Shown here: in pieces, positions 40,040 through 53,959 of the stretch
How the letters are laid out: each line of letters begins with the position of its first letter
Position numbering within the stretch: position 1 is the stretch's first letter
Source: Cetorhinus maximus
Lineage: Eukaryota
Assembly: GCF_964194155.1 (NCBI RefSeq)
Contig: NC_135910.1
Location: forward strand, 9,734,001-9,798,000
Reading direction: 5' to 3'
DNA: 64,000 nucleotides
Translations under genes and position numbers: made by a program
Notes under the pieces: model-generated
Told to the model about the DNA's origin: nothing
What the model saw: only the letters and a program-made list of their open reading frames with translations
The model's database searches: none

Positions 40040-41280
40040 AATGTTGAGAAACTGAACTGTAGAGAGGGAATCAAGTACATAAATCATTAAGAGCTAGTAG
40101 TAAAGGCAATCAGAAATGCTAATGAATGTTGGCTTTTATCTCAAGGGCACTAGAATACAAAAGGGAAAGAACTTACGCTTCAGTTGTACAAAACCTTGGT
40201 CAGACCCCATCTGGAGGACTGCACTCAGTTCTGGGCACAGGGAAGATTTATTGGCCTTGAATGTGGTGCAGCATAGATTCACCGATAACATCAGGGCTTA
40301 GAGGTGTTTTTTTAGGAGCACAGGCATTTATATCTAGAGGACTAGAATATAACCAGGTAGGAGTCAAGCTTCAGCTATACAAAGCCCAAAGGGTTAGACC
40401 ACACCAGGAGTATGGTGAGCAGTTCTGAGCATTATACCTTAGGATGAATATAGTGACCTGGGAGGCAGTGTAGTATAGGTCTACTAGAATGGTACTTGCA
40501 CTCCAAGGGTTAAATTACTAGGAGAGAATACACGAAGTAGGGCTGTATTCCCTAGAATTTAAAGTTACGGGGTGATTCAATCCAAGTTTTCAAGATGTCA
40601 AGGGAACAGATAGGATACAGAGAGAGAACCCATTTCTCCTGGTTGGGAAGTCTAAGACTAGAGGGCATAGCCTAAAAATTAGAGCAAATGTTTCAGGAGT
40701 GAAATTAGGAAACACTTTGAACACAAAGGCTGATGGATGATTAGTATTTAAATCAATTAACTTTAATTCTGAGATTAATAGGTTTTTGTTATCCAAAGGT
40801 ATTAAGGGCAAAGCCCTTAATATGGAGTTAGGTCACAGATTAGCAGTGATTTCACTGAATGGATTAAATAGCCTATTTCTGTTCCTATGTTGCATAAAGT
40901 TGGATTTTATTCCCTTGTGTATAAAAAAATATGATCTGATTGAGATGTTTAAAATGTTAAAAGGAATTGATAGGGTAGATATGGGGAAACTACTTCCTCT
41001 GGTGGGAATCCAGCATAAGGGGGCAGAATCTTAAAATTAGAGTGAGGCCATTTTGGGAGTGAAATCAGTAAGTACTTTTCCCACTCAAAGGTAGTAGAAA
41101 TACCCAATAAGCTGTGGATGCTGGTGGTTAACTTGGAGTTTTCAAAACTGGAGTTTGATAGATTTTTCTTTGGCAAGCATACCAAGGCATTGATCAAATA
41201 TGAAAAAATGAAGTTAAGTTACAAATCAACCATGACCTGAATAAAGGAACAGTCCTGAAGGCCGCCTTCTGTTCCCACGT
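40040..41280 (+). mobile_element. Stack of two or three old CR1 3' fragments
   Basis: Repeated CR1 C-terminal and 3' end segments restart at about 40040, 40320 and 40890. Confidence 0.7.
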
Positions 41281-43089
41281 CCTGAAGACCTGTTGAGCAT
41301 TTCCAGTTTTTATTTCTTACGTCTTCCTTTGATTTTCCAGTGAGAGTCTAGTTTAAAATGACCTGGTTGCATTTTTTTACTAGCTATATAGAAACATTCA
41401 TCAATGACTTCTGGCTGTGGTTTAAGGCTGTGTCCTAATGTCCAGTGGCTGGAGTGGTAGACAGTTGAACACTGATTTAGATGTTCAGATTCAAGCCCCC
41501 TCTGACTGACTGTAGTACTTACCTGTTTCTGTTGGACCTCCATTGTTAGATCATCATAAACTATTTGGGAGTCCACTTTTAGTAGACATTGACTTGTCGA
41601 ACAAGGGCGTGCAAATGTTCGAAGTTTGTTGCCAGACCCTTTCTCATGCAATCCCCACAGCCCATCTACTCACTTCATCTCATTTTTCAATTATGTTCTT
41701 GAAATTCTTATCCACCTCAGCCTTTGTCTTGTTTTTATTATTGGCTGTCAGGATTTGGGCATCACTGGCTAGGCTGGCATTTATGGTCATCCCTAGTTGC
41801 CATGGTTGCAGTAGGGGACAGAGAACCATTAAAGTCCTTGCGCTGATCCCACACTGACATTAGCCAGGGAATTCCAGGATGTTGATGCAGTAACGAGGAA
41901 TGAATGGTGAAATATATCCAAGTCAGAATGATACACAACTAGGAGGAAACTTGGTGGTGATGGCATTCCCACTCTTATTCTTAATGGCTGAAGTTGCAGG
42001 GAGAGGGGTAACCTTAGATGAGATTATACTGTATGCCATTGGTGGAAAGAGCGGATATTGGAGTTTGGTAGCAGGGACACTGATCAAGTGAAAGGCTCTG
42101 GCTTTCTCATACAATATTCAATAATATTCAGGATTCAATACCCTAAACTTGGAATCTTCTCCCCCTCATGCCTTCTGCTTTGCTCACCTGGGAAGCAAAA
42201 CGTCAAAAACCCTTAACAGTATAAGAAAGAAGGAGAGAGTATGTTGGGAACAAAGGGGTTGCAAATGGAATGAGAAAATTACAGTCTTTGAATTGCACAA
42301 GGAGTGGTTCTGGCAATGCCTCCAATATTGCCATGGCACAGATATGCCACCCCGAAATGGCATGCCTATAATGATAAAAAAGATTAAAGCAACAAATTGA
42401 AAGCCTGGCATCTGGGTCATGTCAGAACTGTTTGCCAATGCTTGGTTAATAGGCAAAGTCCAACTATACAATGTACAGATGGATCAGGCTGTTTGTCCCT
42501 ATGAATACAAGTTTGCACGGACACACTGAAGCATGCACAGCCTTGCACAACATCAAAGAGCAATGCCTTGACACAAGAAACAATGGCTAGGAATAGGGAG
42601 GGTTGACCCAACTATGATGAGTCACTTAATTTATACAGCAGTCTTCGAACAAAGAAAACTGTGTAACACACCGATACTCCCCATGGAGATGTAGCAAGGG
42701 AAAGGCTGCTGGATGGTTTGTACTTACAGATTCATGTCACAGAAGACTACATCTATAAGTGTCAAGTTTGATGCCCAACTCTTCCTCAAGGCTGATTTGG
42801 TCACGAGAAGAAGAGTAACTTTGATAAAGAACACACTGACAGCCCTTGCACATAATCCTTTTTTAAAGGAATCAGAAATTGCAGCACAGAAGGCGGCCGT
42901 TTAGTCCATCGTACCTAATCCTTCACCTGGAGTGATGATTCTAACCTCAGTTTTACTGACCTGTTTTCAAGTACTTGGAGGTCATTCACTAAACTGGACA
43001 TCACATCACTATGCAACACCAGGTTTTCACCATGGCAGACATAGCCCCAATAATTTTTTGGTGGGTGATCTTCCGAAACTGACGTGAAT

Positions 43090-43300
43090 ACGCTGAATTT
43101 TACTTTGTGTCTAACCAATGATGTACCTTCCTGGAAGTGCCTGATGAGATAGTGCAGAGGGAGCCTTACTCTGTATTCAACAAATGCTATAGTTGCCTTG
43201 GATATTTGAAGGGGCAGCGTAGAGGGACATTCATTCTGTATCTAACCTATGCTGTACCTGCCCTGGGACTGTTTGTTGGGGACAGTGTAGAGGGAGCTAA
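43090..43300. repeat. Degenerate copies of the ~69-bp tandem repeat
   Basis: gtagagggac..tctgtatctaacctatgctgtacctgccctgggactgtttg. Confidence 0.7.
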
Positions 43301-45715
43301 TATGAAGAATATGACCATAGGTGTCTGGCATTTATTCCTCAACTATACTTGCAAGTTCTATCTCTGCTTGCTAACCCTTATAATACAAATGCTTGCCAAG
43401 AGCACATGCCCATTCTGGCACTCAGATTAAATCTTAAGTAAGGCAGTGGTCTGCCCTATCCACAAATGGGACATCCTTGCCACCTGCTTTGTTGCTGGTG
43501 TAACACACATTGCTCCATCCTACTCTCCCTGACTTCCATTCTTTCTCTCCTTTCCCCACCTCTGCCCCTCTCAACCACTCTTTCTAGGCTACAATTACAG
43601 AGCACCAACACTCCTCTTGTATGTCACCCTGTTCCCATTCTTTTTTTGTGAAGAGCTGGAGAGTATTCTGGCCAACTTTCATCCCTCAAACGTTGCATAG
43701 GGAAATGTGAAACACACCCACCACAACAAGATAAATGACCAGATATTCAGTGCCAGCGATTCTGGTTGAGGGATAAATATTGGCCAGATCAGAGGGAGAA
43801 CACCCTTTCACAAAACAGTGCCATTGGATCTTTAACTGATTGAGAGAAGAGGAGCCAAATCCAACATGAAACCCAAAAGTGTCCAGGAGGAAGGGACATT
43901 AATAAGAGTATTGGGTTGGAACAGGCTCTAGGGGCTGCACTGAGCAACTTCTTCTGAGAGGACAATGAGGAACTAAGGGCTGAAAAGAGTGTGGAGGGGA
44001 AGGGTAGCTCCCATCAGATCAAGAGTCACAAAATCACAGAATTATTACTGCACAGAAGGAAGCTAAAAAGCCCATCACATATGCACCAGCTCTCCAAATG
44101 AGCAATGCATCTAATGCCATTCCCCAACCGTTTCCCTGGTTCTAGTCCAGTGTGTACCTGTAATTAAATATGCTTCAGGCACAATGCGTTGAAGTGAATA
44201 ATTTATACAGTGCTGCACCTACGGAACGCTATAAAGCACCTCGTCTGGGTTAAAGATTACCCAGGAAGGAATTCAATGAAGAGAACTATTATTTGAACCC
44301 GCAATTAAGAGTAAAATATGGGCTTTGGGTCATCCTAAGGTCATGAAGGGTGCTTTATAAAAACAAGTTCTTTCTCTTTGTCTTTCCAAGCACAAAGCTT
44401 TTCTGCTAAGTATCAACAATTAATCATTTAACATTTTTGATATGATAAAGAGTCAGCTGTGGCTTAGTGGATAGCACTCTCGCCTCTGAATTAGAAGGTT
44501 CTGGGTTCAAGTCCCAGTCCAGAAGTTTCAAAATCCAGGCTGACACACCCAGGCCAGAACTGAGGAAGTGCTGCACTATCAGTGTTGTCAAATTTCAGGT
44601 GCTATCTTAAAACTTGGCCCTCTTGAGTAGACATGGAAGACCCCATGGCACAATTTGAAGAGAAGCTGCCTGATAATATTACTAAAAACAGATTATCTGG
44701 TCATGATCACATTGATGTTTATGGGGCCTTGCTGCATGCAAATTGGCTGCCACGTTTTCTACATTACAAAGTAAAAAGCTTTGGCCAGACTGAGGTTGTG
44801 AAATATGCTATATAAATGCAAGTCTGTCTTTCTATCTTTGCAACCACAAAGCGCTGATCGTAGAAACTGCAAAGTGAGTGACAGCACTGCTTGAGCCACT
44901 TGAGACTGATAGAAAGGCCACACTGCTGGAAAGTAACCTTAAGGTGCAATGGGCCCGTTGATCTTCACAGTGCAGATTTGGTGCCTGATCCATTTTCAAA
45001 TCTTTACACACTCTGGGTTGCTAATCAATTATACATCAGTGACAGCTTCCAAGCTTTATGTCACTGCTTTAGTCCAGCTATCAGTCAAGGCTTTGATAGG
45101 GAGGGAAACAAAAAGCTGACTCTGTCTGTGTGACGGTTACTGTTTCTGGGGTAGGAATTGACCTGGTTTCTCTGCCAGAAATGAGCACATTTTCCAGGTC
45201 TGGCATGGGCAGCAATAAGATATGGCTTTAAATAGAAAGCACTTCAACTAATGGAAAGACTTTTATTAGAATTGCATCTGGCAATTGATTCTAAATTAAA
45301 CAAGCAGCTCTTTGACCAGTTAGTTCACTGCCCAGTGTGGCTCTGAGCTATTTCTATAATTCTATCCTTAGTCTCAGATCATTGATCTCTGCTGGGGCTT
45401 TGCACAATAGGGAAGCTACACTTGATCCCATGTCCTTCGGGTTGAGGGGGAAGGATTCCTGCTTCTGGTTCCTGTCCAGTGACTCCCTGCAATGTAACTA
45501 TAAAAGGTTCAAGTTCCACTTCAGAGACTGGAGAACATAATCTAGGACTGCACTTCTGTGCACAATGAGGGACTGCTGCACTGTCAAGGGTGCCCATTTT
45601 TCAGATGAAATATTAAACCAAGGCCCCATCAGCCCTATTAGATCAGTGTAAAAAAATCTCATTTTGAAGAAGAGCAGACAAGTTCTCCCCGGTGTGGTGG
45701 CCAATATTTATTCCT

Positions 45716-45966
45716 GAAAAATAGACTTTTTGTCAAAACCTTTCTTCTTGCACTCATCAGGGCAATTTGCAAGAATACCAAAATGTAAAGGGAACAATAA
45801 TTTATACGGTATGAGAAGAGAGTTTTAATTGCTCACAGTATAAATTGTTGTTTCCTTTACATTTAGTAGTCTTGCAAATTGTCCTGATCAGTGCAGGGCA
45901 AAAAGGTTTGACAAAAAATGTCTCTTTTTTCAGCAATACTCAAGTTCTGTACTACCAAACAACCAT
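45716..45966. mobile_element. Palindromic Penelope-like insertion with a 14-bp flanking duplication
   Basis: About 100-bp inverted arms (45716-45932) and a 34-nt unpaired tail. The direct repeat caatatttattcct flanks it at 45702-45715 and 45967-45980. Hammerhead-like CTGATGA..GAAA on minus at 45741-45760. Confidence 0.65.
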
Positions 45967-46999
45967 CAATATTTATTCCTCAGCCAACATAAATGAAAAG
46001 CAATGATCTAGTCAAGTTATCATTGCTATTAGTGGGTGTTTGATGTGTGCAAATTAGTTGCTGTATTTTCCTACATTTCTGTTGTATATTGAACTTAATA
46101 AGACTCAGTTGCAGGCAGCTATTATTGAACTAACTTTACACCTTCCCAGCAGAGAGCGCAATATAACAAAATGCAAGTTTTGTAGTATATTACAACTATA
46201 ATTTTTGATTTTTAGATGTCCTGAGATTGTAAATGCACAATAAAAATGCAAACCTCTCTCTCTCCTTTTACAATCCAAACTCAGACTCTGCTTCAAGTCT
46301 CAAACTCCTCCTCCTCCTCCTTCAGGTACCATGCCCTAAGAGGGTGTTGGCAACCATGGACTTCCATTGGATTAGTCCATGATCATGCTTGATAAAGTAT
46401 GGCAGTGGTTTGCCATTGCCTTCTGCAGTATGGCTGACCAGGAAACTCTCCTGCTCTTACCACTTGCGATATGGAAGGATTTACAGGCTGGTAATCAATC
46501 TGTTTGGGTAGGTTAGGAGCACACCTCCTGTGACCATCAAGCCCTGAATAGGGACTTGGATCTGGCCCAGAGTTAGACACACTATCCGCTGCACCACAAG
46601 ACCTCCCATCTCAAACTGAGCCACTATATTGGCCTAAGTAGGTGGTGATGTTGGTGAGAGGGGGGAGGGAAAGAGACAAATACATCAGCCAGGTTCTTGC
46701 TTCTGAATCATGACCCAATTACTCCTCTATTGGCAAGTGCCAACGATGGCATTTCCTTGTAATGCCAGGATGCAGAAAATCCCAGGCTACACATGGGCTA
46801 GCATGGCTGGGCACCCCACTCCACTCTACCCACAGTGAAAGGAGAAAGGAAATCTGCAAACTAAAAACCTTCAAAAAGATGCAAATAATCTATTCAGGCA
46901 TTGCAGAGAAGTACAGTCTGTGCTTCACTACATTGACACCAGCTGTTCACTGAACCTCCCTCAGGTCATTTGAGAACCTTCAAAATAATTAGACCAAAA

Positions 47000-47200
47000 C
47001 AATACCACTGTATAGAACTAAATGGATCAAACCACTTCCTGTTCATTCCCCATCTATATAATGGAGTCAACTAAACCTGTTCCTGTTCACTCCCATTCTG
47101 CAGAACCCAATGGACCTAACCCCTTCCCTATCCATTTCCATTTTGTAGAATCTAATGAACTAAGCCTTAACATTCATGCTCATAATATACATTCTGTGAT
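47000..47200. repeat. Degenerate array of the same ~39-bp minisatellite
   Basis: cactgtatagaactaaatggatcaaacc and cattctgcagaacccaatggacctaacccc units. Confidence 0.6.
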
Positions 47201-48414
47201 CTAAGCCATTTTTGCTGGGATAATGTGTATCCACTGAATCCTGTATCCATTTGAACTGTGAATATCCTGCAGCACATCAGCAGGTGGGTTTATTCCAAAC
47301 TGGGATATGTATGGAGGGAGCATTTTAAGCTGTGTAATATTCAGGTGAAGTACTGGTGGTTCAGGTCTGACACTGGAGGATTGTTGTAGTGAGAACAACT
47401 TGTGGATGAATTAAGTGTGTCATACATTGTGTATCGGTACAAATGTGACCTCCTCTATGAGACAATAGCATGAGATGCTAAATGCAGTTCATGACAATCA
47501 TTGTCCTGATCTTCACTGACACTTCCCAATTCCGCCTTTGCAGCATAATCAAGAACTGTAGCAACATATTTTTGTTCTAGTGTCAATCTGTCTAATTAGA
47601 TGGTTGTATCCGAGGGTCAATTTGACTCGTTTTGTCCAATCAAAAAGTTGAATTATGTCTTTAAAGCATCTAAATTTTGATCTATGATTGATAGCAAACC
47701 TGATCATTCACAGAGTGTGTCATAACTGACATGGGGCCCTTCCGCTCCTTGAAAAAGATTGCCCACCTATGAGAAGTTTACTGATAAACTCAAATTAATC
47801 TTAACGGATCTGTGAATTTGTAACCATGATAAGCAGAGCATAGAAACACAATGGGCAGTATGCAAGGTGCTGGATAGTAGAAAAAGCACTGAGTAGAACA
47901 GATACCCTACATGGCAAGGTTCACCACACTGTAACCAACAGGTTAAGTTTTGTTAAGGTCAGGTGATGCAAGTGTTTGTTTACAGTCAGAACAATCTCCT
48001 CTCAGTAATTTAAATACCCAATTATTGTCAGAGACAGGCAGAAAGAGTTTGAACAGAAGCAACTACAGATTAAATTACAATCTACACTTCATTGGTTGTA
48101 AGGTTGATCACCAGGTCATGTTACAGTCATACATGAGAAATTTTCAATCTGAATTTTAGTTCTGATGTGAACCTACACATCAATGGAGCTGAAGGGAAAG
48201 GAAATCTAGAGCAGCAGTGCCATGGGAACACTATTACCTAGTCATCCTGACTTGGACACACATCACCATTGCTTGGGTAATTTTCCTGGAACTCTTAGCA
48301 TCCTCGTAGGAATACCATCACCCACCAGGACTCCAGCAGTTCAAGAAGGTGGCCCACCATCACCACTCCTCAGGGCAACGATAGAAGGTCAATAAGTTTT
48401 TTTTATATCTTCCT

Positions 48415-49010
48415 TCACGAGACATGGGCATCACTGGCTAGGCCAGTATTTTTATTGCCCTTACCTAAACGCCGTTGAGAAGCTGGTGGTGAGCTGCCTT
48501 CTTGAACCACTGCAGTCCATGTGGTGTAGGTGCACCCACAATACTGTTTGGATTTTGACCCAGCGACAGCGAAGGAATGGTGATATAATTCCAAGTCAGG
48601 ATAGTGTGTGGCTTGGAGGGGGAACATGCAGGTGGTGGTGTTCCCATGCCTTTTTTGCCCTTGTCCGTCTAGTTGATAGAAGTTGCAGGTTTGGAAGGTG
48701 CTGTCGAAGGAGCCTTGGTGAGATGCTGCAGTGCATCTTGTGGATGGTACACATTACCGCAACTGTGCGTTGGTGGTGGAGGGAGTGGATGTTGGAGGTG
48801 GTGGATGGAGTGCCAATCAAGTGGACTGCTTTGTCCTGGATAGTGTTGAACTTCTGGAGTGTTGATGGAGCTGCACTCATCCAAGCAAGTGGAAAGTATT
48901 CCATTACGCTCCTGACTTGTACCTAGATGGTGAACAGGCTTTGGGGAGTCAAGTGGTGTGTTACTTGCCACAGAATTCCCAGCCTCTCACCTGCTCTTGT
49001 AGCCACAAAT
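48415..49010 (-). mobile_element. CR1-group LINE 3' fragment
   Basis: ORF MEYFPLAWMSAAPSTLQKFNTIQDKAVHLIG...AVMCTIHKMHC is a typical LINE ORF2 C-terminus. Confidence 0.75.
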
Positions 49011-52000
49011 TCAGCCTTTATAACAAAAACATTAAAAAACCTCACCACCCCATTTATTGATGAACAAAGGGCTATATTTTCCTTTTTCATGAATAAAAGA
49101 TCAATAACACGATGATTCTGTAGAAACAATTGGATCAAAGTTAAGATGGCAGTTGACTGCTGCCTGGTTTCAAAGTAATCTGCCCAATTCAATCTGACAA
49201 CGTTTTCATATGTGTGCAGAAAACTTGACCATACGCTCCAGTTTAAAATTGCGCCAATGAAAATTTTTGATTGTAAAGACCAATGCAGAGAGGAGAAAGT
49301 TACAACACCCTCATTAATCGAACCTCCACTATCATTTAGGGCTCCACCCTCAGATCTGACCTGACCCTCATGGTAAATCACCCAGTGAAAGAATGGTCAC
49401 TTACTCATTGTTAATAATGAAGTGGGCAGCTGCACAAGAAGATAGAACCATACAGCACAGGAGGAGGCCATTTGGCCCATCTTGCCTGTGTCAGATCTTT
49501 GAAAGAGCTACCCAATTAAGTCCCACTCACCTGCTCTATCCCCATAGCCTCGAAATGTTCCCCCTTCAAATATTTATCCCATTCCCTTTTAAAAGTTACT
49601 ATTGAATCTGCTCCCACAAACCTTTCAGGCAGCATATTACAGATCATTACTGAATAAAACTCATCTCCCCTCTGGTTCTTCTGCCAATGACCTTAACTCT
49701 GTATTCTCTGGTTAATGACGCTCCTGCCAGTGGAAACAGTTTCCCCCCCACCACCCCCATTTACTCTATCAAAAAGCTAAAGATTTGTGTTGCCTTCACA
49801 AAGCTGTAAATGGAAGTGATTTAAGATGATTGGCAAAAGAAGCAATGGTGACATGAGGAAAATTTTTTTTAATGCTGCGAGTGATTAGAGTCTGGAATGT
49901 ACTGCCTGAGAGCGTTGTGGAGGCAGATTTAATCGTGGCTTTCAAAGGAGAATTGGATGATTATCTGAAAAGAAAAAATTTGCAGGGCCACAGAGAAAAG
50001 ACAGGGAGTGGGACTAAGTAAGTTGCACTTAGAGACAGCCTTAACAAAATGACCTCCTTTTGTGCTGTAACCATTCTATGAACAAACTGGATTTGCAAAA
50101 GGGGAAGAATTTCATTCTGCAGCAAGCGTACTCTCACACAAATAGGAGCGTTAATCACATAATTTACCAGTGGTGTAATTTGGATCAGCCATTGGCTCCT
50201 ACATCCCAATATCAAAGGAGCAGAGCACTTTTCTGATTTGTCCCTTAGGTCTTGAATGTCAGATAGTGCACAGAGCACTGGGAATAAATACACCAATGGA
50301 TTCAGGCTATGTCCACTCTACAAGGAGGGAACTGGTGCATTTTCATAAATGTCAGCCCAACCTGGAGTTAATCGAGTGATTTAGTTTAATGAACAATCTG
50401 TTCTCATGCAAAATAAATCATTTGTCTCAGTGAAAGTTAGACACCGTGGTGATTAATTTGTGTTCCTGGGGATTATTTTTTCATTGAATTTTTTTCTCAT
50501 TTGTGGTAGATCTTATATGGAAGAGGCTGGGAAAGCAGGAGGAAGGGAAAGGGAGGGGTGGGGCAATTCTGACGGGGAGGGGACGGTTAAACCCTTGGAA
50601 ACCAAGTCTACTTAAAAACATTCACAGTGTTAGGAAGCATTTGAACATGACTGGAGGATCACATTTTGGAACAAGCGTATACACCTAAGATTTGAGCTAC
50701 CTTGTGGGGGAAAAGGATTAGGGCAGTCCATTGGGAAGGATGTATCTCAGGCTTTGGTGGAAAAAGTTTCTCTGCCCTGGTTGGTCCAATGGGGAGGTAT
50801 TCGGGTGACCTCTGGTCTAATGGAAGGAGGCAATGAATGCTTGGCATTAATCAACTAGTTTCTGATCCAGGGCAGTTTAGGGCTGGTATACTACTGGTAC
50901 TTGGTGGCTCAGTGGAGATTCAAAGATTACCCAAGGTTTACTGAATCCTCAAGTTTATAATTATATGTCAGTTTTACACCCTGGTGGCTCAAAATGAAAA
51001 CTTGATTGTGCCTCAGTTCGTATCACACACACAATCTCCTGGATTAGACATGTTAACAAGGAGTAGCAGTCAGGGGAAGAACAGCAATCCACCACTAACT
51101 TCACACCATATTAAGCCAAGAAACCATTATGGGATTTAATTGAATAGAGAAAAAAAATCTGCACTTGTACAGTCCCCTTTTCATGAACTCAGCATGTCCA
51201 AAATTGTTTTATGGCCAATTAAGTACTTTTGAAACAGAGGCATGATCGTAAAGTATGAAATGCAGCAGCCAATTTGCACACAGCAAGAATCCACAAACAA
51301 AAATAAATGAATGACCAGATGGTCTGTTCTCGTGACATTTGTCGAGTGATAAATATTGGCCAGGACGCCAGGCAGAACTTCCCTGGTCATCTTTGAAACG
51401 GTGCTGTGGATTTTTTAGACCCTCTGGAGAAGGCAAATGGGTTCTTGGGCATCAGGAAAACAGCACGTCCAACATTGCAACATTCCCTTAGTGCTGCACA
51501 GCGTCAGCATGGATTTTTGTGCTCAAGTCTCTGGAGAGGGGAGAGAACCCACAACATTCTGACTCAGAGGTTAAGTGCGCTATACAGAGCCAGGGCTGAC
51601 ACCTTCAGTTAATAGGTGCACAAAGTAGGATTCTGTTACTACAGAGGAAACAAATCACTTTACATGGGAAAGTGGCGAGCAGCAGTTAGACAAGTGAGAG
51701 CGCTTCAACAGGATGATGGATGGAAGCCTTCCACCTGATTGCAGCTATCTGACAGTCCCTGGGCTCATCCACCCGTCCCTCCCTCAGGCAACTGTGTGAT
51801 GAATGCAGACACATTCTTGCAATCCCTGTGACACAATCAATCTCTCTTAGCAAAGACATTTCACATTCTTTAGTGCAGAGATATCAAACACCGGAACAAT
51901 GGGACAATTTGCATTTATAATGCACCTACATGATATTTACCTTAGGCCCCTCTTCCCACCCGTTAAATATCTCACGACACTATTTGAAAACAAGCAGTGG

Positions 52001-52803
52001 AGGTCTCTTCGATGTCCTGGCTGAAATCCCTCAGCCAAAAATCACAAACAAAACACTATCTGGCCATTTATTTCATTGCTGTTAGTGTGATCTGGTTGTG
52101 TATAAATTGATTACCACATTTTCCACTTACAACAGTGACTACATTGCAAAAGTGCTTCATTAATTGTAAAGCATGTTGCAAATGCAAGTCTTTCCCTTTT
52201 TAAACCTCTGAACATAACAAGTCCCAAAATGATATCCAGGAATGTGATCAGACAGAATCGAAACCCAAGATAATAGAGACATTGGGACAGGTGACGAAAA
52301 GCTTGGTCAAAGAGGTAGATTTTAAAGAACATCTTAAAGGAGGCAAGCGAGACATGGGTTTAGGGAGGGATTTCCAGAGACCAAGGTCTAGGTTGCTGAA
52401 GGCAGTGGTGGCAAAAGATATGGGGTTTACACAATAAAGAAAGATTTGCGTTTATATAGCGCTTTCCAGATCACCTGGAAAGTCTGTCTTAAGGCACTTT
52501 AAAACCAACAAAGTACTTTTTGAAGTGTAGTCACTTATGTAATGTAGGAGAAGAGGCCGGAATTTTAGGAACAGTTCTGGGAGGGTCGTAGGAAATTAGA
52601 CAGGTAGGGAGGGTGAAACGGTAGAAGTATTTGAGTAGGAGGGTGAGAATTTTAAAATTGACGTGTTGTTAACCCGTGGTAGGGTGCAGTCTGTGTAGGT
52701 CAAGGAGCACAAGTGTGCTGAGTGAACGGGACTTGGCGCGACTTGGGATATATTCCCTCCTGGAAGAGCAATTTCTCTGTAAATGGACTAAATGTTGCAG
52801 TTA

Positions 52804-53004
<201 letters not shown>

Positions 53005-53559
53005 TCACAAACACCCAAACCTCTAAGACAAGGGGTGTCAGTCTGCTTGTTCCAATCTTCGCCTGAAAATATATATATCTGTGTTTTTAATTGAAGGATC
53101 GACCTCTGGTTGTTTCTTATTTTTTCCTTTGTAGCAGTACTGCCTTACCTCTGTTTCAGTATTGCGGTTTCTCTCTGTTGCCGTCTCCGTCAACCCTCCC
53201 CGTTGCTGCTTTCCTCTCCCTGCGTTTTTCTTTCTGTATTGCCGTCTCTCTCTCTGGCTGTATTTCCTCTCTCTCCCCCTGTTTTTCTCTTCCTCTATTG
53301 CCGTCTCTCTTTCTGTTGCTGCTGCTGTTTTTCCTATCTCCTCCACCCCCCTCTCATTTCCTTCTCCTGCTGTTTTTCTTTCTGTCTATTGCAGCCTCAC
53401 TCTCTCTCTCTCTCTCTCTCTGACGCGTTAAGAGTAGGAAACTGGATTTTAAAGATCTCCGAGGACCTCTCTTGCCTTGCTGCCCCAGGGAATCCCGCTG
53501 TTTGTTCTGCCTCACTCTCTATTCTGTCTTCTTGTTCCTCCCTGGGCCCTGCAGCCCCT

Positions 53560-53725
53560 CCTCCTTCGGCCGATTGAATCCAAATCTGTCACTCCACCTA
53601 TCCCCACCCAACCCAGCCACGATCAAGTGCGTATTGTAACATTCCAAGCCCCGCCTCCGCTTGTCCTCATTGGAGACTGCGGGCACGTGCAGTTAACTCT
53701 GCTCTCTGATAGGCCAATCGGTTAT
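53560..53725 (-). promoter_or_regulatory. Probable proximal promoter of the CDKL gene
   Basis: Local CpG enrichment, a GC box (ccccgcct, ~53648), CCAAT boxes in both orientations (attgg ~53669, ccaat ~53714) and E-box cacgtg (~53684), all about 600-700 nt upstream of the ATG. Confidence 0.45.
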
Positions 53726-53959
53726 ATTTTCATGGATTAACAAGGGGAAGAAAATGATCAATGGGGACAAGGACAAAGGGCCGGGAATAAGGTTTACCTG
53801 GGGACAAGGGACTGGGAGTAAGATTTATGTGGGGAGAAGGGATTGACTGCGTGGGAGTAAGATTTACCTGAGGGCATCACCCTCTCAATGCAGCTCCCTG
53901 TTGGAATGACTCAAAGAGCACCTTGAGGAAAACAGCTCACCTGCCAAACTGTTTTAACA

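Noticed and set aside
41796-41809. X-box-like GTTGCCATGGTTGC in intron 1
   Set aside because: It is isolated and lies inside a decayed repeat tail, so chance origin is likely.
53038-53577. Overlapping 89-155 aa ORFs upstream of exon 1
   Set aside because: They arise from low-complexity CT/AG-rich sequence that lacks stop codons.
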